Notes under the pieces: generated by a model
What the model saw: the letters and a program-made list of their open reading frames with translations, nothing else
Told to the model about the DNA's origin: nothing
Databases searched by the model: none
Part shown: positions 46,403 to 54,181 of the stretch, piece after piece
How positions within the stretch are numbered: the stretch's first letter is position 1
How the letters are laid out: each line of letters opens with the position of its first letter
Assembly (NCBI GenBank): GCA_041750285.1
Contig: JBGSZS010000018.1
Coordinates: 1 to 64,000, forward strand
Length of the DNA: 64,000 nucleotides
Reading direction: 5' to 3'
Source of the DNA: Candidatus Fermentibacteraceae bacterium
Lineage (GTDB): Bacteria > Fermentibacterota > Fermentibacteria > Fermentibacterales > JCC-6
Position numbers and translations under genes: made by a program

Positions 46403-48074
46403 CACCAAGAACGGCGTTTTTCTGGGCGGCCTTCTCGGAAGGTCTTTTCCTGACAAGCACCGGCTCCCCTGTCTCGAAATCGAGGCCGGTATGGTAAACT
46501 GCAGCGGCAACGGTCATGGGAGTGGGCAGAAACACCTGAACCTGCCTTGGCAGGGCGCCCATGGCCTGAAGCCTTTCCCGGCAGCTCTTCATGTGGTTCA
46601 TGGTGCATCCCGGAAAGGCCGCTATGATGTAGGGCAGTATGTACTGCCTTCTCCCGGCCTTTCTCGAAACCCTTTTGAACTCGGTGCAGAAGTCAAGCCA
46701 AGTCTGCAGTGAGGGTTTACGCATCAGCCTGAGTACCGGGTCTTCGGTATGCTCGGGGGCGATCTTGAGATGACCCGGCACGTGATTCCGGACCAGGGCT
46801 TCTATGAAACGGGGATCCCGCAGGGCAAGGTCGTGCCTTATACCGCTCGAGACCATCACCCTGTCCACCCCAGGAACTGCTGCGGCATCCTTGAGAAGAG
46901 CGATGAAAGGGGAATGATCGGTACCGAACCAGCGGCAGATCCCGGGATAGAGGCAGGACGGCCTTCTGCAGGCCTTCATGGCCCTGTCGTTCGTGCAGCC
47001 AAGGCCGTAGACGTTGGCCGTGGGTCCGCCGATGTCGCTGATGATCACCCCCCCGGGATCGAGCGTGGTGAGCCTTTCGACCTCCCCCAGAACCGACTCT
47101 CTGCTCCGGGAAGTGATGAAACGCCCCTGATGAACGCCCAGGGCGCAGAAAGTGCAGCCGCCCGGGCATCCCCGAACCGCGGTCACGGAATTGCGGATCA
47201 TGCTGAAAGCCGGGATCTCAGAAGTGTACGACGGATGGGGTCTGCCGGTGAAGGGCAGGGCGTAGACCCGGTCCATCTCCCCGGTGGTCAGCGGAAACGC
47301 AGGCGGCTCGACCACCAGCGTCCTCGTATCGGCCTTCTGAATGAGCCTTCCGGCATTCCATGGGTTCTGGTTCTCCTCGATGAGCCTTGTCATCAGCATG
47401 AAAGCCAGGGGGGAAGATGCGGCTTCCTCATGGGACGGAAGCTCCACGTCGCCGGGCATGGGATCCACCTTTGACCCGAACCAGCATGTTCCGCGGACAC
47501 CGTGGAGGGACCGGCCCGAGTCGAGCCTGCGGGCAACTTCAAGGACGGTGTTTTCCGCCATCCCGTAGACCAGAAGGCTGGCCTTCGTGTCGAGGAGGAT
47601 GCTTTTCCGGACACTGTCGGTCCAGAAGTCGTAGTGGCTGACACGCCGGGTGGAGGGCCCCAATCCGCCAAGTATCACGGGAACGCCCTTCATAACCCTC
47701 TGCAGAACGTTCACATACTTTGTTTCGGCGCGGTCCGGTCTTGCCCCCGGCTCTCCCCCCGGGCTGTAGGCATCGTCGGAACGGAGTCGGTTCATGCTCG
47801 TGTAATGGTTCACCATGCTGTCCATGTTGCCGGGAGTCACCCCGACGAACAGCCGTGGAACACCCATTTCGAGAAAGGATGAGGGATCTTCAGGGTTGGG
47901 CTGGGCAAGCACGCAGACCGAATAACCGGCCGCCTCAAGGACCCTGGCTATTATCGCCACGCCGAACGAAGGGTGGTCTACAAAGGCGTCGCCGCTGACA
48001 AGGAGGACATCGGGGCTTCGAAGACCGGTGGCCCTCATTTCCCTGCCGGTGACGGGTATAACGCCTCTGGACAC
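46269..48074 (-). CDS. ygiQ: YgiQ family radical SAM protein
   Basis: VSGDAFVDHPSFG, GNMDSMVNHYT, RGCPGGCTFC, SDIGGPTAN, SSGIRHDL, LKIAPEH, VQVFLPTPMT. Confidence 0.93.
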   Translation of the reverse strand: MSRGVIPVTGREMRATGLRSPDVLLVSGDAFVDHPSFGVAIIARVLEAAGYSVCVLAQPNPEDPSSFLEMGVPRLFVGVTPGNMDSMVNHYTSMNRLRSDDAYSPGGEPGARPDRAETKYVNVLQRVMKGVPVILGGLGPSTRRVSHYDFWTDSVRKSILLDTKASLLVYGMAENTVLEVARRLDSGRSLHGVRGTCWFGSKVDPMPGDVELPSHEEAASSPLAFMLMTRLIEENQNPWNAGRLIQKADTRTLVVEPPAFPLTTGEMDRVYALPFTGRPHPSYTSEIPAFSMIRNSVTAVRGCPGGCTFCALGVHQGRFITSRSRESVLGEVERLTTLDPGGVIISDIGGPTANVYGLGCTNDRAMKACRRPSCLYPGICRWFGTDHSPFIALLKDAAAVPGVDRVMVSSGIRHDLALRDPRFIEALVRNHVPGHLKIAPEHTEDPVLRLMRKPSLQTWLDFCTEFKRVSRKAGRRQYILPYIIAAFPGCTMNHMKSCRERLQAMGALPRQVQVFLPTPMTVAAAVYHTGLDFETGEPVLVRKRPSEKAAQKNAVLGVSEGEAGQPSPRELRRRPEARGAGGSGVQAGSRMSGTGPRRRKG

Positions 48075-48172
48075 TTCTCACCCCCTCCTGCGGGAATATA
48101 CCCTTGAAAAACCGGCCGGACGGGCCGTACTTATGGTTGTGAACATACGTTCAGTGAAAGGAGCCGTTCGAA

Positions 48173-48634
48173 ATGACCGAAGAGCGCGAATCCGTCTACG
48201 AGGCCAGGGCAAACCTGGGCAAGACCACCTACTTCATCGACGCCAGGCGGGCCGTCAACGGAAGGTACTACCTCTCAATCACCGAAAGCAGGCGCACCGA
48301 GGGCGAATCATTCTCCCAGCGCCGCGTGATGGTTTTCGAGGAAGGGCTGGACGAGTTCAGAAGGCTTCTGGGGGAGGCCGCCGACAGGATCGCCGGGCTG
48401 ATCGCCACCAGAACCGACGACGAGGTCATCGATGTCCGCGCGGTCCATCCCAAGGCTTTCATGAAATGGTCACAGGAAGAGGAAGAGGCCCTCGAACGGG
48501 AATTCAGGAAAAATCCCGACACCGCAGCACTGGCGGGCATAACGGGCCGATCCGAGAAGGGGGTCATCGCGAGGTTGGACAAGATGGGTCTCATCCAGCC
48601 CCGCGACGAAATACGGGTTACGGCAGGTTCTTGA
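48173..48634 (+). CDS. PUR-alpha/DUF3276-like nucleic-acid-binding protein with C-terminal Myb-like helix bundle
   Basis: KTTYFIDARRAVNGRYYLSITES...RVMVFEE; HPKAFMKWSQEEEEAL...GRSEKGVIARL. Confidence 0.75.
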   Translation: MTEERESVYEARANLGKTTYFIDARRAVNGRYYLSITESRRTEGESFSQRRVMVFEEGLDEFRRLLGEAADRIAGLIATRTDDEVIDVRAVHPKAFMKWSQEEEEALEREFRKNPDTAALAGITGRSEKGVIARLDKMGLIQPRDEIRVTAGS

Positions 48635-49175
48635 TCTGGCCCCAACTGGTGGCTTCGAGGGAGAACGCGTTTTCACCGTGGGCTCTGATGATGTAGTCGC
48701 CAACGGTCCAGGGCGTCCAGTTGGACAGGTCGTTGGAGAAGAAGCTGCGACCCGAGCCTGCAGCTGCGTCGCCCATGAGCGAAGGTGAACCGTTGGTGCT
48801 GAGCTGGCTGCTGGCAACGCACCAGAATTCCTGGGGCACGGGCACTCCGCCGCCCAGGTTCAGGTATACCGGCGCGTAGTGTAACGCAGTGATCTGTTCA
48901 ACCACATACATTGCCTCAGGCCCGCCAATGCCGCCGCTGAACACTTCGGCCCAGAAATCAGCGGTTTCCCACGCGGGGGAACCCGAGTCGTAGAACCAGT
49001 ACTCGACCTACTGAAGGAGGAAGCCCGTGGCATCAGGGGTGAAATCCTGCACGTCGAAGGCCACTCCCCTCCAGATTCCTTCGAAGGTTTGCTGGGTGGG
49101 AGTGCCGTCGTCGTACTGGAGAATCTCAGCGCCGGCCAGGGATGCAACCATGAGAACCAATAAAAGCTTGTTCAC
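48618..49175 (-). pseudogene. Secreted protein with C-terminal TSWGQIK motif, interrupted by an in-frame TAG at codon 56
   Basis: RBS AGAAAGGAG, GTG start, signal peptide; TAG at 49010-49008 followed in the same frame by VEYWFYDSG... to the TAA at 48618. Confidence 0.75.
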
Positions 49176-49246
49176 AGAACTCTCCTTTCTTTGAATGAAG
49201 ACGCTATTACAATAGTGCTCGTTTGTCAACCATTCGGTATCCACCT

Positions 49247-49684
49247 TCATTCTTCCCTGCCCTCTCCCTTGATGCCCAGCACCCTGCTCATCACGGTGAT
49301 GTCGTCGCGAACGTGCCACCCCGATTTCTCGTAGAAAGCAACCGCAGGGTTGTCGCTGAATATGAACAGGTGGATCTTCTCCAGTCCCGAATCGGACAGC
49401 GCTCTCTCGGCCGTTCGCATGAGGGTTCCCCCTATGCCCTTCCGCTGGTGATCAGCCCTCACGGCAAGATGGTATACGTACCCGCGTCTGCCGTCGCTGC
49501 CGGCCATGACGCTTCCCACGATCTCATCTTTCTCGCATGCGGTGAAACAGAACGATCCGTTCCTTGCCAGAAAGGCTTCGAACCCCTCCCGCGAGTCGGC
49601 TTCCGTGATGGCGTTACCGGGAAACGAACTCCAGAGACGAATGAGTTCTCCGTGATCATTGCTGCTCATGGCGCGGACCCTCAT
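49247..49684 (-). CDS. GNAT acetyltransferase (YpeA-like)
   Basis: GSDGRRGYVYHLAV..HQRKGIG, NPAVAFYEKSGW. Confidence 0.9.
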   Translation of the reverse strand: MRVRAMSSNDHGELIRLWSSFPGNAITEADSREGFEAFLARNGSFCFTACEKDEIVGSVMAGSDGRRGYVYHLAVRADHQRKGIGGTLMRTAERALSDSGLEKIHLFIFSDNPAVAFYEKSGWHVRDDITVMSRVLGIKGEGREE

Positions 49685-49707
49685 GACCTTGACCGCGCAA
49701 CGGCGGT

Positions 49708-50862
49708 CTACATCACCTCCGGAGTGGAGAGGGCATTTCTGAGCATGGGGAGCAGGCTGGTTCCTGCAACCGTGTCGACGATGAACGATGCAACTCCCAG
49801 TATGATCAAACCCATGATTATGACCTTGCAGGCATCGAGGCTCTTGATGCCCCCGATCTGTCTGGGTTCCCGGCCAAGGTATGCGCTGGCGGCGTAGAGC
49901 TCCTCACCGATCAGCGTGTAGTCGCAGGTGGTGATGAAGAAGGGAAGCTGTGTCACTGCGTCGGTGCCGGCGATCTGGATCGCCCCGGAGAGTGACCCCG
50001 TCTCGGCCAGTATCAGGCTTTCGGCCCAGAACATGCCGAGGTAGAAGTTCGTGGCTGGTCTTTCCCTCATCATTATCCCGTTGACCCCTGCAACGTAGGC
50101 GAACTGGCTGGAGGTGAGGAAGAAAACGCTGTTGGGGTCGAAGGCATCAGGCCTTCCCGCTTCGAGGTAGGCCTGCTTCACCGATTCCTCGGCAACGGTG
50201 TACACGATTGGATCGGTGTTGGGCACTATTATCCTGGTCTGGTAGTCCGCCACTCTCCGGGCCACCCTTCCAAGAATGGTAAGGCTGGCAATTGTTGCCA
50301 CATCATCGATAGTCGAGAGCCCAGGAACATAGAGGATGGGTTTTCCCATCTCGGTGGCCCTGCCGATGGCCTCGTCTATTGCTTCGATCCCCCCGATGGG
50401 CCTGAGGTAGAAATCAGCGCCCCTGACAGCCCTGTGGAAGTAGTAGAAAATCAGGCACAGAAAGAGAAGACAGGCCACCAGGGTGGGAACTTCCCCGGTG
50501 TGGAACCACGCACCCACAGGTATCTCGGCACCGGTGAAAACCGGTCCGCGCAAAGTGTCGCCGGACAGTGTCAGCAGGCCGGGGATGTAATGGTATCTCG
50601 TTCCTGCAAGGAGCGGATAATCGGGATCGTAGCCGTCCACGAGTTCATTGCTCTCGAGGGGAAGGCCCTCGACCATGACGAGCTGCCATGCCTCATGATC
50701 GGCAGGGGTTCGCCAGACCAGCAGCCCGGCGGCATCCTGAACGTCTTCGGGCACGTTCACCCTTATTATGAGCCTGTCGCCTGCATCGTTGGGACGGTCG
50801 GTAACCGAAACCACCTCGGGGAGAGAGAGAAGGAAAACCGCCGGCAGCAACAGGTGCACCAT
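49708..50862 (-). CDS. DUF6754-type membrane protein with N-terminal FN3-like extracytoplasmic domain (paralog 2)
   Basis: LRPIGGIEAIDEAIGRATEMGKPILYVPG; QLPFFITTCDYTLIGEELYAASAYL; core near-identical to 59318-60622. Confidence 0.85.
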   Translation of the reverse strand: MVHLLLPAVFLLSLPEVVSVTDRPNDAGDRLIIRVNVPEDVQDAAGLLVWRTPADHEAWQLVMVEGLPLESNELVDGYDPDYPLLAGTRYHYIPGLLTLSGDTLRGPVFTGAEIPVGAWFHTGEVPTLVACLLFLCLIFYYFHRAVRGADFYLRPIGGIEAIDEAIGRATEMGKPILYVPGLSTIDDVATIASLTILGRVARRVADYQTRIIVPNTDPIVYTVAEESVKQAYLEAGRPDAFDPNSVFFLTSSQFAYVAGVNGIMMRERPATNFYLGMFWAESLILAETGSLSGAIQIAGTDAVTQLPFFITTCDYTLIGEELYAASAYLGREPRQIGGIKSLDACKVIIMGLIILGVASFIVDTVAGTSLLPMLRNALSTPEVM

Positions 50863-50897
50863 AATCTTTCCCTTTCGAAAGCCGTTTCTCGAGATGT

Positions 50898-50924
50898 TTG
50901 ACTTGGATGCCAGAATCGTATAAT
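50898..50924 (+). promoter_or_regulatory. Possible sigma70 promoter of selD
   Basis: TTGACT-15 bp-TATAAT, about 27 bp upstream of ATG 50952; spacer is short. Confidence 0.45.
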
Positions 50925-50951
50925 ACTGCAATCCCGTTGGAAAGGGGATGA

Positions 50952-52130
50952 ATGAACAAGAACTGCCCCTGCCCCCTCGAATGTGAGCGGCACGGCGACT
51001 GCGTTGCCTGTCGAAGGTTTCACGAGCTTCTGGGGGAACAGGTCTTCTGCGAGAAGGATGTGCTGGGAAAGGCGCATGAGGTTTCGTCTCCGTCGGTGAA
51101 CCTCATGGACTACGCCGCCTGCGCCGGTTGAGCGGGCAAGATGTCTCCCGGCAGGTTGTCGGGAATACTCGAGCGCCTTCCACGAATCCTGTCGCAGAAT
51201 CTGATCGTGGGCATGGAGTCCATGGATGATGCCGGGGTCTACCTTCTGACCCCCGACGTCGCGCTCGTTCAGACCGTGGATTTTTTCCCGCCGGTCGTGG
51301 CCAGCCCGCTCGAGTTCGGGCGCATCGCCGCGGCCAACAGCATGTCCGATGTGTGGGCAATGGGCGGCGACGCCGTCACCGCCATGAATCTCCTGTGCTT
51401 CCCCGGCAACACGCTGGGAGCGGACATCATCGAGCAGATCCTGTCGGGTGCCTGCGAAAAACTGGTCGAAGCGGGAGTCGTTCTCGTTGGTGGTCACACC
51501 ATGGAGCAGGACCAGGTGGTGTTCGGTCTGAGCGTCACAGGGGTTATCAACCCCGAAAGGGCGCTGCGCAACTCGGCCGCAAGGGTGGGAGACGTTCTTC
51601 TTCTTACAAAACCCCTTGGTTCCGGCGTTCTCACAACCGCGAACAAGGCTTCGGCCCTTCCTCCCGAACTCTTCAGGCCTGTCGTGGCCTCAATGGAAAG
51701 GCTTAACCTCTACGCATCAAGGGCCGTGAGAAACTGCGACGCCAGCGCCATGACAGACGTCACGGGGTTCGGTCTGCTCGGGCATGCCCTCACCATGGCC
51801 CGAAGCTCGGGGGTGACGTTCACGATATCGGCCGGGTCGGTGCCACTGTTCCCCGGAGCAAGAAAGTACGCCCACGATTTCTTCCCGGGAGGGTCGGGCA
51901 ACAACAGGAAGTATGTGGGGGACAATGTTTCCATCGACCCCGTGATCGACCCCGACCATGTGAAACTTCTTTTCGACGCCCAGACCTCAGGCGGCCTTCT
52001 TGCGGCGGTGCGCCCGGATCAGTCCGATGAACTGCTGGACAGGCTTCACCAGACCGGAGACACTGCGGCGGCTGTGATAGGTGAGGTGGTTTCCCGCAGC
52101 GACGGACCGTTCCTGGTCGTCACGCCCTGA
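50952..52130 (+). CDS. selD: Selenophosphate synthetase (selenoprotein; Sec at TGA 51129-51131) with Cys-rich N-terminal extension
   Basis: Frame open from ATG 50952 to ...YAACAG-TGA-AGKMSP; DDAGVY, QTVDFF, AAANSMSDVWAMGG, GGHT, LTKPLG, TDVTGFGLLGH, DAQTSGGLL. Confidence 0.92.
51146..51164 (+). promoter_or_regulatory. Bacterial SECIS-like hairpin
   Basis: TCCCGGCA-GGT-TGTCGGGA stem-loop; apical GGU loop starts 22 nt after the UGA. Confidence 0.75.
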
Positions 52131-52139
52131 GCGGCTTTT

Positions 52140-52529
52140 TCACCCTTCCTCGCGGCGTCTGAGTTTCGTTTCAGCCCTCTGGCGCTTCTCTTCGAGCCTG
52201 CGTTCCCGGGATGCCTCGGTGGGCCGGGATGGAACCCTTTGTACGGGCTTGCGCGAGGCCTGCTCGATCAGCTTCTCAAGCCTTTTCCGGGCAGCCCTGA
52301 GGTTCTGCTCGAAACTGCGGTGCTCCCTTGCCTGAATGACTATCTCGTCCCGGCCGTTAAGCCTTGAACCCGCCGCATCCCGAAGCCTCTCGGCGACTTC
52401 GTCGGGAAGGCCGCTGTCGGCGATGGTGAAGACCAGAGTGACACCCGTCAGGCTGCGGTTCTGGTGCTGGCCGCCGGGACCGCCGGCACTCATGGGCTGA
52501 ACTGATATGGCGTCCGGATTGTATTTCAT
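52140..52529 (-). CDS. arfB: Ribosome rescue peptidyl-tRNA hydrolase
   Basis: SAGGPGGQHQN, EHRSFEQN, basic tail RPTEASRERRLEEKRQR. Confidence 0.9.
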   Translation of the reverse strand: MKYNPDAISVQPMSAGGPGGQHQNRSLTGVTLVFTIADSGLPDEVAERLRDAAGSRLNGRDEIVIQAREHRSFEQNLRAARKRLEKLIEQASRKPVQRVPSRPTEASRERRLEEKRQRAETKLRRREEG

Positions 52530-52549
52530 GTTGACAAAGTGAAAAGGTT

Positions 52550-52625
<76 letters not shown>

Positions 52626-52637
52626 ACACGAGCAGCA

Positions 52638-52666
52638 AATTTACTACCTGCCCCGCTGACGGTCAA
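52638..52666 (-). promoter_or_regulatory. Sigma70 promoter of tRNA-Phe
   Basis: TTGACC-17 bp-TAAATT, 12 bp upstream of the tRNA 5' end. Confidence 0.7.
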
Positions 52667-53426
52667 GTTCAGCCAGAAGGGTTTCGATGCTCATCCCGCT
52701 GCGAATGCCGAACCTGGTGAGGGAGAAGTCGTACCGGACAGGGTCGGCGGGGCAGATCCCCCGAAAACCCGCGGTGATCTCAAGGACAGCCTTCAGGTCG
52801 GGGCTTCTTCTGCCGGTGAAACCCAGGCTGCGGCCCACCTTCCACATGTGGGTGTCGAGCGGCACAAGCAGCTCCGACGGTGATACTCCGTCCCATCCTC
52901 CCGGATCGACGGAGTCGCGCCTGACCATCCAGCGGAACCAGAGGTTCAACCTCTTGCAGCAGCTCCCCCTCGTGGGGCAGGGCAGAAGGCTTGTGGGTCC
53001 GCCGTTCTCCAGTATTCCCTGAACGAGCAGCCGTTGGGCTTCGAGCAGCCCCGAGCGCGACACCTCGTGCGAGACGAACGCGCCCAGCGAGCCGTGCCGC
53101 TCCTGAAGGCGTCTGGCTCCACGGAAGATACCGGCTATTGACTCGCCGGGAGTGAACCTGTGCCTGAACCCTTCCAGCTTTTCCCGAAGCAGGGATGGGG
53201 GACAATGCGATGGATTGTCCCCCATGATCGCGAGCACTGAAGACACGCTGCGCAGTATCTGGGTAACCCGTCCGTAGGCCAGTGAGGAGGCGAGAAGCCC
53301 AACTATCTCCCGGTCATGCGGATCATCGTACCCGTACAGGAATTCCAGCGGGTCGGGATGAACGAACTCCCTTCGGTTCCAGGTTTCGTACAGGTTCTCG
53401 AGGAGGGCCCCAAGACCTTCAGTCAA
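52644..53426 (-). CDS. TIGR02757/DUF2400 family protein
   Basis: HPDPLEF, DREIVG..LAYGRV, KRLNLWFRWMVR..DPGGW, PLDTH, DPVRYDFSL. Confidence 0.9.
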   Translation of the reverse strand: MTEGLGALLENLYETWNRREFVHPDPLEFLYGYDDPHDREIVGLLASSLAYGRVTQILRSVSSVLAIMGDNPSHCPPSLLREKLEGFRHRFTPGESIAGIFRGARRLQERHGSLGAFVSHEVSRSGLLEAQRLLVQGILENGGPTSLLPCPTRGSCCKRLNLWFRWMVRRDSVDPGGWDGVSPSELLVPLDTHMWKVGRSLGFTGRRSPDLKAVLEITAGFRGICPADPVRYDFSLTRFGIRSGMSIETLLAELDRQRGR

Positions 53427-53676
53427 GCTCCAGGTCCACCCGTTTGGCGGAAACCCCGCTCAGGGTGTTGAGCTTCCTGACCAGCTCCTCCTTCTTCCCT
53501 TCCTCCCCCACCAGGTCGAGGATGATAAGCCCCTTCTCGGAGCAGTCATCGAGTATGCCTTCGTGGATGCCGAGGCGCGTCTTGATCATGCAGCCCCAGC
53601 CCGTGAGGACCTTCTGTACGTTTGCCGCGGCCTGGTTCCTGTGTGAGACCAGAATTGCGACCACTGTTTTCTGCAT
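53419..53676 (-). CDS. Small ACT-like protein (TM1266 / Fe-hydrogenase-regulator-like)
   Basis: RNQAAANVQKVLTGWGCMIKTRLGIHEG...GLIIL. Confidence 0.7.
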   Translation of the reverse strand: MQKTVVAILVSHRNQAAANVQKVLTGWGCMIKTRLGIHEGILDDCSEKGLIILDLVGEEGKKEELVRKLNTLSGVSAKRVDLELD

Positions 53677-53682
53677 TACTTC

Positions 53683-53835
53683 CTACTCCTTCTCGAACAT
53701 GTCCTTGCCGACGCCGCAGACCGGGCACACCCAGTCGTCGGGTATGTCTTCGAAAGCGGTTCCCGGAGCGATGTTACCGTCAGGGTCACCCTGGGCGGGG
53801 TCATAGATCCATCCGCATGCCTGACAAACCCACAT
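53683..53835 (-). CDS. Rubredoxin
   Basis: [13 protein letters not shown]...[29 protein letters not shown]. Confidence 0.97.
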   Translation of the reverse strand: MWVCQACGWIYDPAQGDPDGNIAPGTAFEDIPDDWVCPVCGVGKDMFEKE

Positions 53836-53875
53836 TTCGTTCCTCCCTCGAAAATGCTTCCTGTTCGTGACGCAA

Positions 53876-54181
53876 CTATTCCGGACCCGATTCCTGAGCC
53901 CTCTCAACGGCGCTGCCAAGACACTCCATCAGTGCCGATATCTGCGAGTCATCGGTCTCGTCGGCGATCATCAGTTCGATCCACCCCTCGCCGGCCGTGC
54001 AGATGAAGGGATACTCCTCGGACAGAAGCTCGAGGTCGAGCGAATGAACAAGGAGCCTGACCATGTAGGAACCGCCGCCCTCCTCTATGCTGCCAATGAC
54101 CCTGTCCTGGTATAGAATGCCGCCGGTTTCGCTTTCGAGTGTCAATCCCTCGAAAGCCCTTACCACTCCGAAAACGCTCAT
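53876..54181 (-). CDS. Hypothetical acidic protein (possibly YjbR/DUF5655-like fold)
   Basis: ATGA overlap with the glmL-like stop; GWIELMI.D..D..I..LM pattern. Confidence 0.5.
   Translation of the reverse strand: MSVFGVVRAFEGLTLESETGGILYQDRVIGSIEEGGGSYMVRLLVHSLDLELLSEEYPFICTAGEGWIELMIADETDDSQISALMECLGSAVERAQESGPE

Noticed and set aside
48618..49175. Genome-wide TAG recoding
   Set aside because: TAG ends many genes at their expected C-termini (mscS, trkH, trkA, the OM barrel, rubredoxin).
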